DNA of 64,000 nucleotides, from NCBI GenBank assembly GCA_018401695.1, contig JAGYKD010000001.1, positions 125,651 to 189,650 of the forward strand. The letters are read 5' to 3'. Positions 49,130 to 57,145 of this stretch are shown here, one piece after another; position 1 is the stretch's first letter, and each line of letters begins with the position of its first letter. Origin of the DNA: Flavobacteriales bacterium (GTDB taxonomy: Bacteria; Bacteroidota; Bacteroidia; CAIKAF01). Below the pieces are notes generated by a model, which was given only the letters and a program-made list of their open reading frames with translations, had not been told where the DNA came from and made no database searches. The position numbers were made by a program, and so were the translations under genes.

Positions 49130-49678
49130 CTATTCTAAACAATCATCAATTCCATTTAAGGCCGAGGCAAAACGTGCCTCTCCCTCCCCGCTCACCAAGG
49201 CAAATGGCTTTCTCGTAGCTTGGTAGCTGGCTGTATAATACTCCAAGCGCTCCCACCGTCCATCAGGACCTTCCCTTAAGGGGTCTGCTTCCCATGGAAG
49301 GTCAGGAATGCAAATCAACGCCAAGTCCCAGGGCTCTAAAGACCAAAATTCCTCTAAAAAATCCAAGCGCTTTCCATAGGCCAGTTTGGCCCAAAGCATG
49401 CCATTAAATCCATCGGTGTCCCAAACCACCCAACCCGAAAAGTCTAAAGAGGCCTTCCAAGCCTGCACTTGGTTTCGGTATAGGGTTTCCAATTCCTCCC
49501 AGGCCAAAGGCAAGGCCTTTCCCTCCATAAAATCCCGTGCCAACTCAGGAACATAGGCAGCCCTTAAATGCTGAGCCAAGGCTTGCGCCAAAGTAGATTT
49601 GCCTGTACTTTCGGGGCCGGCCACCACCAAAACCTTAGTTTGCTTTTTTTCCATCCTTTTCCCAGCGCATCCATGCAA
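49130..49678 (-). CDS. NadR-like ribosylnicotinamide kinase / AAA ATPase
   Basis: GPESTGKSTLA, VPELAR, WDTD, DLPWEADPLRE. Confidence 0.85.
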   Translation of the reverse strand: MHGCAGKRMEKKQTKVLVVAGPESTGKSTLAQALAQHLRAAYVPELARDFMEGKALPLAWEELETLYRNQVQAWKASLDFSGWVVWDTDGFNGMLWAKLAYGKRLDFLEEFWSLEPWDLALICIPDLPWEADPLREGPDGRWERLEYYTASYQATRKPFALVSGEGEARFASALNGIDDCLE

Positions 49679-50204
49679 AAATGGCCAAAGCCGTCAACAA
49701 CAAAAAATGCAGGGCCGCCAAAGGCCAATCTTTATAGGCATACATAGCCGCCATCACCAAGTCTACGGGCACAAAAATAGCCCAACCCAATTTTTGTTTT
49801 TTGGCCAACAAATAGGTGCCGGCAAAGGCATAAAAGGTGGTCATACCATCCAGCAAGGGAAGACTAGCTGTGGGAATCATAGCTACCAGCCAACCAACCA
49901 ATAAGCCCAAAGGAGCGGGCAAGACCCACCAAAGGAATACCTGAGTCCTGGGAAGCTTTGGCACTTTAAAGGTGTTTTGCTCCGGTTGTTTCCAACTCCA
50001 CAAACCATAGAAGGCGGCCAAAACGTAAAAAACGTTTAATACAACGTCTAAGTAATACCCCGAAAGCCAGGCCATAATTACGTAAAGGGCCGAAGATACC
50101 ATGCCAAACCACCAACTTATGGAATATCCGAGACCGGCCAAAAGGGTAAAGCCCAAGCCTAAGATAACGGCTGTAGGCTCCAGAGCATCGAACCAGGCCA
50201 TCAT
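49635..50204 (-). CDS. pnuC: Nicotinamide riboside transporter
   Basis: Multi-TM; LPLLDGMTT, YLLAKKQ..GW...D; adjacent to the NadR-like gene. Confidence 0.85.
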   Translation of the reverse strand: MMAWFDALEPTAVILGLGFTLLAGLGYSISWWFGMVSSALYVIMAWLSGYYLDVVLNVFYVLAAFYGLWSWKQPEQNTFKVPKLPRTQVFLWWVLPAPLGLLVGWLVAMIPTASLPLLDGMTTFYAFAGTYLLAKKQKLGWAIFVPVDLVMAAMYAYKDWPLAALHFLLLTALAIFAWMRWEKDGKKAN

Positions 50205-50956
50205 AGCCAGCTGCGTGGGCTTAATCCTTCAAAAATATGGGACATGTGGTTTGGATTTTCCTCCAAAGCCTGACCAATAACCACCAAATCGGCGCCGGCT
50301 TGCCAGGCTTCTTGCACCTGATGGGGACTTCGAATGCCTCCTCCTACCCAAAGGGGGCCTAAGTTTAGGGATTTTATGGCTTGAATTACATTGGGCGGAA
50401 CCGGGTTTAGGGCTCCGGAACCTGCATCCAAATAATGCAGTTTCATGCCCATATAATGTGCGGCCAAGGCAGTTGCTGCGGCAATTCCGGGTTTATCGGC
50501 AGGAATGGGCAAGGTTTGAGAAACATAATGGGCGGTGGTAATTTTGCCCCCATCCACCAGTTGGTAGGCGGTGGCAATGGTTTCCAAACCGGTTTGCCGC
50601 ACTTTAGGGGCCGCTTGCACTTGTTGCCCTATAAGGAACTCCGGATTTCGGCCACTTACCAGGCACAAAAACAAAAGGGCATCGGCCTCTTGAAGGACGG
50701 GGTTGCCGGGGCCGGGAAACAGCACCACAGGCAATGCACTTAGGGCTCGAATTTCGGCTATGATTTGTTGACCGGAGCGGCCGCTTTCTTGCATACTGGT
50801 GCCTAATAAAACAAGGCTACAGCCAAAGCGTTCTGCAGAAGCAAGCAAACCCTCCCATTGCGTTTGAGGAGCTTTGTCGGGATCCAGCAAAAGCGCCCAG
50901 GTTTTGGTTTCGCTTTTGTGGCCTTCCCAAATGTATGACCAGATGCTGCTGTGCAT
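50201..50956 (-). CDS. Geranylgeranylglyceryl phosphate synthase (group II, PcrB/GGGPS family)
   Basis: LLLDPDK, PVVLFPG, LVSGRNPEFLIG, AYQLVDGG, YLDAGSGA, VGGGIRS; start moved to ATG 50956. Confidence 0.9.
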   Translation of the reverse strand: MHSSIWSYIWEGHKSETKTWALLLDPDKAPQTQWEGLLASAERFGCSLVLLGTSMQESGRSGQQIIAEIRALSALPVVLFPGPGNPVLQEADALLFLCLVSGRNPEFLIGQQVQAAPKVRQTGLETIATAYQLVDGGKITTAHYVSQTLPIPADKPGIAAATALAAHYMGMKLHYLDAGSGALNPVPPNVIQAIKSLNLGPLWVGGGIRSPHQVQEAWQAGADLVVIGQALEENPNHMSHIFEGLSPRSWL

Positions 50957-51037
50957 AATGAATGGCTCGAAGGTACGGCTTTTGCCGTATTTGTGCTTCT
51001 GTTTTTGGAGGCTGCTTTTTTGTTGGAACGAGGGTCT

Positions 51038-51183
51038 GCGCCCCGGGTGAGCCGGAAACCCCGGAAGCCGGAGACCATCTGTGGCTTGGCGGGTGGAGGC
51101 CCGACCCAAGAAGGGCCCCCGCAGCGCTTAGCCACAGAAGGTCTGCGGATGAGGAGTTGCAGGGGAGGCCGGAAAAGGCGCCC
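51038..51183 (-). repeat. Intergenic hairpin element E7
   Basis: Minus strand GGGCGCC start 4 nt after the kinase stop; loop TTCTTGGGTC identical to E4. Confidence 0.8.
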
Positions 51184-51187
51184 AAGT

Positions 51188-51862
51188 TTAAACCTCCATT
51201 AATCGATCGCTGTCAAAATAGTGCATTCCCGGGCTAAGGGGCAGGTGCACAAGCCGCAACATGCGCTCAAAATCAGCGTTATGCGCCACAAAGTCAATTT
51301 TTGAAACATCGACGAGGGCTACGGGTAGGTTTTTAAGGGAACGGAGCAATTCAAAATATCCGGATTGAATGTTTTGCAGATAGTCCTCCTGAATTTCTTG
51401 TTCGTAGGGCCGTCCGCGATGTCGGATATTTTGCAGCAGCCGCTCGCGGTCGCTGTGCAGGTAAATGAGTTTATCGGGGAGGGGAAGGCTATCGCGAATG
51501 ATTTTAAACAGCCGTCCAAACAGTTCAAATTCGGGTTGATCGAGGGTAATTTGCGCAAAAATGAGCGATTTTAGCACAAAATAATCGGCGACAATGCCCT
51601 GCTGAAACAAATCGGGTTTGCCCAACTCGTCTTTTAATTGCTGGTAGCGCTCGGCGAGGAAGGAGAGCTCCAAAGGAAAAGCATACTTTTTTCGGTCCTT
51701 GTAAAATCCCGGTAAAAAGGGGTTGTCCGAAAACTGTTCGAGCACCAGTTTGGAGCTGAAGTGCTGAGAAAGCATGGTGGCCAAGGTGGTTTTGCCGGCA
51801 CCGATATTACCTTCGATTACGAGGTATCTCCAGGGGTTTTCGGTTTGCCTTAATCCATCCAT
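51188..51862 (-). CDS. Deoxynucleoside kinase
   Basis: IEGNIGAGKTT, ELSFLAERY, IRHRGRPYE. Confidence 0.92.
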   Translation of the reverse strand: MDGLRQTENPWRYLVIEGNIGAGKTTLATMLSQHFSSKLVLEQFSDNPFLPGFYKDRKKYAFPLELSFLAERYQQLKDELGKPDLFQQGIVADYFVLKSLIFAQITLDQPEFELFGRLFKIIRDSLPLPDKLIYLHSDRERLLQNIRHRGRPYEQEIQEDYLQNIQSGYFELLRSLKNLPVALVDVSKIDFVAHNADFERMLRLVHLPLSPGMHYFDSDRLMEV

Positions 51863-52344
51863 CGCTCTACGGTTGACATGTCGGGAGAAAGCTCCTTGAG
51901 CTCGTGCAATTGCTTTTGCAGCAAGGGGTGCACAAAATTGGGGAGGATATCTACCAACGGGAACAGCACAAAATTGCGCAAATGAAGCCGCGGATGGGGC
52001 AATTGAAGATCTTTTTTATTCACAATTTCTTCACCCAAAAACAACAAATCCAAATCGAGCTTGCGGTCGGCGTAGCCCCGGCTTTGGTCGGGTTTTCCGC
52101 TCAGTTGCTCCAAACGCTGCATATTTTGCAACAAAGATTCGGGGCTAGAGCTGTAGGGAAATACCAAAATACGGTTTAGAAAATCGTTGGCACTCAGGTA
52201 GCCCCAGGGCGGACTTCGATACCAAGGACTAGCCAAACAATAGCCGGTGGCGGACCAAACGCAAGCGGCAGCTAAGGCTCGGCCAAACCAATAGGGCGTT
52301 TGAGGCTGATTTCCTCCCAGCTGAATGCATGCCAATGGATCCAT
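51850..52344 (-). CDS. folK: 2-amino-4-hydroxy-6-hydroxymethyldihydropteridine diphosphokinase (divergent)
   Basis: LGGN, FLNR, YADRKLDLDLL, LQLPHPRLHLRNFVL.PL. Confidence 0.88.
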   Translation of the reverse strand: MDPLACIQLGGNQPQTPYWFGRALAAACVWSATGYCLASPWYRSPPWGYLSANDFLNRILVFPYSSSPESLLQNMQRLEQLSGKPDQSRGYADRKLDLDLLFLGEEIVNKKDLQLPHPRLHLRNFVLFPLVDILPNFVHPLLQKQLHELKELSPDMSTVERWMD

Positions 52345-52387
52345 GGCCGAAAAGTACAAAACTCCGTTCTACAAGCCCTTCCAACTT

Positions 52388-52852
52388 ATGAAGGATTCTT
52401 TTGTTATAAAGCGTATGCAATGGACATTTAGTAGCCCTTGGTTTAGGGCCTCTTTTCAGGAGGTAGTAAAAGGCTTTGATGAGCAGTTATTTTCGGCACT
52501 AAACCCCAAGTGGATGCCCATGAAAGTACTTCGGTTTGACGGTTGTGCGCCGGGCGATAAAGTGCAATTGGCCATTGGCCTTCCGCCTTTAAGCATGGCT
52601 TGGACCAGCGAAATTACAGAAGCCAAACACGATGCTAGCTGTTGGTGGTTTGTAGACGAAGGCACGGCCTTACCTTTTTTCCTAAGCCATTGGAAACATA
52701 CCCACCGGGTGGAAAGCCGGGAGGGAGAATGCCGGGTAATAGACCATATTGAATTTGAATTCAGCAGCCCCATGTACAAGCTGTTGCTGCCTTTGATGCG
52801 TAAGCAATTCGGCTACCGCGAAAAGGTATATCCGGCTTATTTTACTCCATAA
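52388..52852 (+). CDS. SRPBCC/START-fold protein
   Basis: FVDEG..LPFFLSHWKHTHRV, VIDHIEF; start uncertain (52388 or 52415). Confidence 0.7.
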   Translation: MKDSFVIKRMQWTFSSPWFRASFQEVVKGFDEQLFSALNPKWMPMKVLRFDGCAPGDKVQLAIGLPPLSMAWTSEITEAKHDASCWWFVDEGTALPFFLSHWKHTHRVESREGECRVIDHIEFEFSSPMYKLLLPLMRKQFGYREKVYPAYFTP

Positions 52853-53895
52853 TAGGACTTGTACCAGCGGATAAACTGCTCTACTCCGGTTTGGATGGAA
52901 GTACTTGGTTTGTATCCATACTCGGTGATAAGTTCGGTTACATCGGCATAAGAAGTAAGCACATCGCCGGGTTGCAGTGGCATAGGATTAATTTCGGCTT
53001 TTTTGCCCAATTGCTTTTCGATTTCATGCACGTAGTCCATGAGGTTTACCGGGCTGCTGTGTCCAATATTGAGTACCCTAAACGGTGCCGAAGAAATATC
53101 GGGCTGCGGATGCAAAGGGTTAAATGAGGGGTCGGGCTGCGCCGGTTTGTCCATGACAGCCTCAATACCTTTCACAATATCGTCGATGTAGGTAAAATCC
53201 CTCCGCATGTTGCCGTGGTTGTACACATCAATGGGTCTGCCTTCAATAATGGCTTTGGTAAACAAAAAGAGGGCCATATCGGGTCTGCCCCAAGGCCCGT
53301 ATACCGTAAAGAAACGAAGACCGGTGGTGGGAATACAAAACAGGTGGCTGTAGGCATGCGCCATAAGTTCGTTGCTTCGTTTGGTAGCCGCATAAAGCGA
53401 TACCGGATGCACGGTGCTGTGTTGGGTAGAAAAAGGGATTTCGCCATTGAGCCCATAGACCGAACTGGAGCTGGCATAGACAAAATGCTCGGGTTCGATT
53501 TTGCGCATGCCCTCAAGCATATTCAAGAATGCCTCTAAATTGGCATGTAAATAGGCTTCCGGATGGGTTAAGGAGTAACGTACCCCTGCTTGGGCAGCCA
53601 AATGCACCACCACATCGGGCTTTTCTTTTTCCAACAGCTCAAACAGGGCCTCTTTATGGCATAAATCCAGTTTCCAAAACCGGAAAGGATAGCGGCTGCT
53701 TTGAAGTGGTCCGGGGTCGTTTAATTCTGCTTTATCTAAGCCCAACTGCTCCAATCGACCTGCTTTGAGCTCGGGGTCATAATAGTCGTTAAGAACGTCA
53801 ATACCCAATACTTCGCCCCGGCCATTATCCAAAAGGTGTTTAGCCAAGTGAAAACCAATAAAGCCGCCCGTTCCGGTAATAAGGATTTTTTTCAC
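52837..53895 (-). CDS. NAD-dependent epimerase (UDP-glucuronate 4-epimerase-like)
   Basis: TGTGGFIG, HLAAQAGVRYS, YASSSSVYG, YAATK, FFTVYGPWGRPDMA. Confidence 0.92.
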   Translation of the reverse strand: MKKILITGTGGFIGFHLAKHLLDNGRGEVLGIDVLNDYYDPELKAGRLEQLGLDKAELNDPGPLQSSRYPFRFWKLDLCHKEALFELLEKEKPDVVVHLAAQAGVRYSLTHPEAYLHANLEAFLNMLEGMRKIEPEHFVYASSSSVYGLNGEIPFSTQHSTVHPVSLYAATKRSNELMAHAYSHLFCIPTTGLRFFTVYGPWGRPDMALFLFTKAIIEGRPIDVYNHGNMRRDFTYIDDIVKGIEAVMDKPAQPDPSFNPLHPQPDISSAPFRVLNIGHSSPVNLMDYVHEIEKQLGKKAEINPMPLQPGDVLTSYADVTELITEYGYKPSTSIQTGVEQFIRWYKSYYGVK

Positions 53896-53945
53896 CTTTG
53901 TACATGCATGTTTGTGCCAAAAATAGAAAATACAGTTAAGGACGG

Positions 53946-54827
53946 ATGGTATTGTTGAAAGTTCTACGCATTCATCAATGGACCAAAAACCTGTTTTTGT
54001 TCCTACCCCTGTTTTTTGCCGGGGCCTTTTTGGAATGGAACCCCCTACTGAGCTGTATACTAGGTTTTGTGCTGTTTAGCTTAACGGCCTCTGCAGTTTA
54101 CATTATTAATGATATCCGCGACGTAGAGGAAGACAGGCTTCACCCCGAAAAAAAACACAGACCTTTTGCCAGTGGAGCTTGGTCTATGCGCAGTGGTCAA
54201 GTATTGGCGGCCCTGCTTGTTGGAGGTTCTTTTGCTGTGGCCTATTGGCTTCAGCCCAATTTTTTATGGGTGCTTTTGGCCTATTTCGCCATTAATTTGG
54301 CCTATAGCGCCGGGCTTAAAAAAGTAGCTTTACTCGATATTACCATGATTGCCACCGGCTTTGTCTTACGCGTAGTGGCCGGTGGTGTACTGGCTGTGCT
54401 GCCGATTTCTTCTTGGATTATTATAATGACCTTTTTGCTGGCTCTTTTTCTGGGACTGGCCAAACGCCGCGACGATTTGCTCATTCTGCGTGACTCCGGA
54501 AAAAAATTGCGGCAATCCTTAGACGGCTATAACCTGCCCTTTATTCAATCTGCCATGGTGCTCATGGCCGGGGTGGTTATGGTAAGCTATATTATGTACA
54601 CCATGAGCCCCGAAGTTATTGCTCGTATGGGCTCGGACAAACTCTACATTACAGGACTGTTTGTGCTCATAGGTTTGCTTCGGTATTTGCAACTCACCTT
54701 GGTTTTTGAAAAGTCGGGCAACCCGTCTAAAATTTTATTGAAAGACCGGGGTATTCAACTCAGCTTGCTGCTTTGGGTGCTGAGTTTTGTGGTGTTGCTC
54801 TACGCAGATAGCATTGTTTTGCCATGA
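53946..54827 (+). CDS. Polyprenyl-phosphate phosphoribosyltransferase (UbiA family, Rv3806c-like)
   Basis: RIHQWTKN, YIINDIRDVEEDRLHPEKKHRPFASG, LRVVAG, LAKRRDDL. Confidence 0.88.
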   Translation: MVLLKVLRIHQWTKNLFLFLPLFFAGAFLEWNPLLSCILGFVLFSLTASAVYIINDIRDVEEDRLHPEKKHRPFASGAWSMRSGQVLAALLVGGSFAVAYWLQPNFLWVLLAYFAINLAYSAGLKKVALLDITMIATGFVLRVVAGGVLAVLPISSWIIIMTFLLALFLGLAKRRDDLLILRDSGKKLRQSLDGYNLPFIQSAMVLMAGVVMVSYIMYTMSPEVIARMGSDKLYITGLFVLIGLLRYLQLTLVFEKSGNPSKILLKDRGIQLSLLLWVLSFVVLLYADSIVLP

Positions 54828-56146
54828 GTCCTTTTAAACAGTCCATAAGCAATTGGGGAAATTACCCCCTTACCGAATCTTTGGTTTATCAAGGAAAAGA
54901 GAGGCCGGCTTCCGGTCCCTATATTGCTCGTGGCATGGGACGCTGCTACGGAGACTCGGCCTCGCAAGCCCAGATTTGGTCGAGCCGTGCCAACCGCTGT
55001 ATGTTGGATTTTGATTCAAACACAGGAGTCCTAACTGCCGAAGCCGGACTTACCTTGGACGAGATTTTACAAACTTTTGTGCCCAGAGCTTGGTTTCTAC
55101 CGGTTACGCCGGGCACCAAATTTGTGAGCCTGGGAGGAGCTTTTGCCAGCGATATTCACGGCAAAAACCACCATGGAAACGGTTGTTTTTCGGACCATGT
55201 TTTGTGGATTGATTTAGAAAATGCCGAAGGCGAGGTGCTGCGGTGCAGCCGCGAAAAAAACCAAGAACTTTTTGAGCTCACCGCCGGAGGTATGGGACTC
55301 ACAGGCATTATTCTTCGGGTAGCACTCCAACTGCATCCAATTGAAACCGCCTACATAAAACAACGCAGCATTCGTTGCCGAAATCTGCAAGAAACCTTAG
55401 AGCAAATCCTTGCGCACCAACATTGGACCCATTCGGTGGCCTGGATCGACTGCCTGGCACCCGGCAAAGCTATGGGCCGATCTATCCTTTTGCTGGGCGA
55501 ACATGCCAAAGCAAACGAACTGCCTGAGAAATACCAAAACCAAGCCCTTAAACCCCACAGCACTCAACAAAAAAACTTCCCCTTTTTTCTACCCGGCTTT
55601 GCCCTAAATTCATTCTCGGTAAAAACATTTAATTTCCTGTATTACCACAAACACCTTCCCAAACAAAAGGAACAGTTGGTGCATTACGAACCTTTCTTTT
55701 ATCCATTGGATGCCATTGGCCACTGGAACCGCATTTATGGAAAACGGGGATTTACCCAATACCAATTTGTATTGCCTCCCGACCAAGTCGATGGCTTGAT
55801 TAAAATTATTGAAACCATACGTGCCCATGGCATGGGCTCTTTTTTGACCGTACTCAAACTTTTTGGCCCTCAAAAAGAAAATTACTTGCGGTTCCCCAAG
55901 GAGGGCTTCACACTGGCCATGGATTTTCCCTTGAGCCCCAAACTGGAGGGTTTTCTAAGTCAATTGGATGCACTGGTGTTGAAACATGGAGGACGAGTTT
56001 ACCTTACCAAGGACCTACGCATGCCTCCGGAAATGCTCATGGCTAGTTATCCTCAAGCAGAGCAATTTCGCCAAAAAATCAAAGAGATGGATTCAAAAGC
56101 CACCTTCCAAAGTTTGCAATCCCAACGCCTAGATTTGCACTTATGA
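54824..56146 (+). CDS. dprE1: DprE1-like FAD-linked oxidase
   Basis: RGMGRCYGD, PVTPGTKFVSLGGAFASDIHGKNHH, YPLDAIGHWNRIYG, GGRVYLTKD. Confidence 0.88.
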   Translation: MSPFKQSISNWGNYPLTESLVYQGKERPASGPYIARGMGRCYGDSASQAQIWSSRANRCMLDFDSNTGVLTAEAGLTLDEILQTFVPRAWFLPVTPGTKFVSLGGAFASDIHGKNHHGNGCFSDHVLWIDLENAEGEVLRCSREKNQELFELTAGGMGLTGIILRVALQLHPIETAYIKQRSIRCRNLQETLEQILAHQHWTHSVAWIDCLAPGKAMGRSILLLGEHAKANELPEKYQNQALKPHSTQQKNFPFFLPGFALNSFSVKTFNFLYYHKHLPKQKEQLVHYEPFFYPLDAIGHWNRIYGKRGFTQYQFVLPPDQVDGLIKIIETIRAHGMGSFLTVLKLFGPQKENYLRFPKEGFTLAMDFPLSPKLEGFLSQLDALVLKHGGRVYLTKDLRMPPEMLMASYPQAEQFRQKIKEMDSKATFQSLQSQRLDLHL

Positions 56147-56874
56147 AACATTGCCTCATTTTGGGAGCGCACTCAGATGTTGCCCTAGCCATTGCCCATC
56201 AACTGGCCAAAGAAGGCCATTCCCTTTGGCTTGCAGCCCGGAGGTTTCAGGATTTGGAACCTATTCAAAAGGATTTGGAAATTCGCTATGGGGTGCCTGT
56301 TGCTTGCTTTGCTTTCGATGCAGAAAAGCCGGAAAGTCACCAAGCATTTGTAGAGGCCTTGCCGGAATGCCCCGACGAGGTGTATTTGGTATTTGGGTAT
56401 TTGGGACCGCATCCCGGCAGCCTGGAGCATCCCACCGATGCCCGGCGCATTGTGCAAGTGAATTTTGCGGGAGCTGTTTCTGTGCTCCAAGCCTTGGCTT
56501 TGGCCATGCAAAAACGCGGCAAAGGTGCCATAGCCGGCATTTCCTCCGTGGCGGGCGAACGCGGACGCAAGAGCAATTTCCTCTACGGCTCAGCCAAAGC
56601 CGGCCTTAGCGCCTACCTGGACGGACTAAGAAACTACGGATACCATCATGGCTTTCATGTGTGCACCGTAAAACCGGGATTTATTCGAACCGCCATGACC
56701 GCCGGCATGGATTTACCCAAACCCCTTACGGCAAGCCCGGAGCAAGTAGCCAAAGCCACCATTTCTGGACTTCGGAAGAAGAAAGGAAGGGTGTATGTAT
56801 TGCCCATCTGGCGGTGGATTATGTGCCTTATCCGCAATATTCCGGACAGCATGTTCCGTAAAAAACAACTCTGA
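56143..56874 (+). CDS. dprE2: DprE2-like short-chain dehydrogenase/reductase
   Basis: SSVAGERGRKSNFLYGSAKAG, VKPGFIRTAMT; ATGA overlap with dprE1. Confidence 0.85.
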   Translation: MKHCLILGAHSDVALAIAHQLAKEGHSLWLAARRFQDLEPIQKDLEIRYGVPVACFAFDAEKPESHQAFVEALPECPDEVYLVFGYLGPHPGSLEHPTDARRIVQVNFAGAVSVLQALALAMQKRGKGAIAGISSVAGERGRKSNFLYGSAKAGLSAYLDGLRNYGYHHGFHVCTVKPGFIRTAMTAGMDLPKPLTASPEQVAKATISGLRKKKGRVYVLPIWRWIMCLIRNIPDSMFRKKQL

Positions 56875-56876
56875 GT

Positions 56877-56945
56877 ATGTAGAGATTGGCCAAGATCCAA
56901 ATATCTCATTATCAATTATTTAAATTTTTTAATGTAGAGATTTTT
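56877..56945. repeat. ATGTAGAGATT direct-repeat pair, 55-bp period (locus B)
   Basis: Copies start at 56877 and 56932. Confidence 0.65.
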
Positions 56946-56978
56946 GGGCCCCGGCATCTAGAAGTTTTTCTAATCTAA

Positions 56979-57116
56979 CCGGCCTCTTACTGCTGCCCGG
57001 CTGCGCATCGGCCTATGCAGGGCAACCTGCTGCGGTGGCTTTTCCTAAGGAGCCGCCTCCTCGCCGGGCCCTGCATGGCCGCTTGCTTGCCGTGCATTCG
57101 TTTAGGCCGGGGGGCC
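56979..57116 (+). repeat. Intergenic hairpin element E8 (most divergent copy)
   Basis: Stem GGCCTATGCAGGGC / GCCCTGCATGGCC; inner GGTGGC/GCCGCC followed by TCC as in other copies. Confidence 0.65.
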
Positions 57117-57145
57117 ACTTTCTGTCGTTTGGTCTTCCAATAGAC

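Noticed and set aside
50957-51109. 51-aa N-terminal extension of GGGP synthase
   Set aside because: Translated from element E7 and the promoter region
53946-54827. UbiA-family gene as the DGGGP synthase partner of GGGP synthase
   Set aside because: Motifs and coupling to dprE1/dprE2 fit a phosphoribosyltransferase much better
14642-57116. CRISPR or group II intron interpretation of the dispersed repeats
   Set aside because: Copies are isolated, not tandem with spacers; no cas or RT gene in the window
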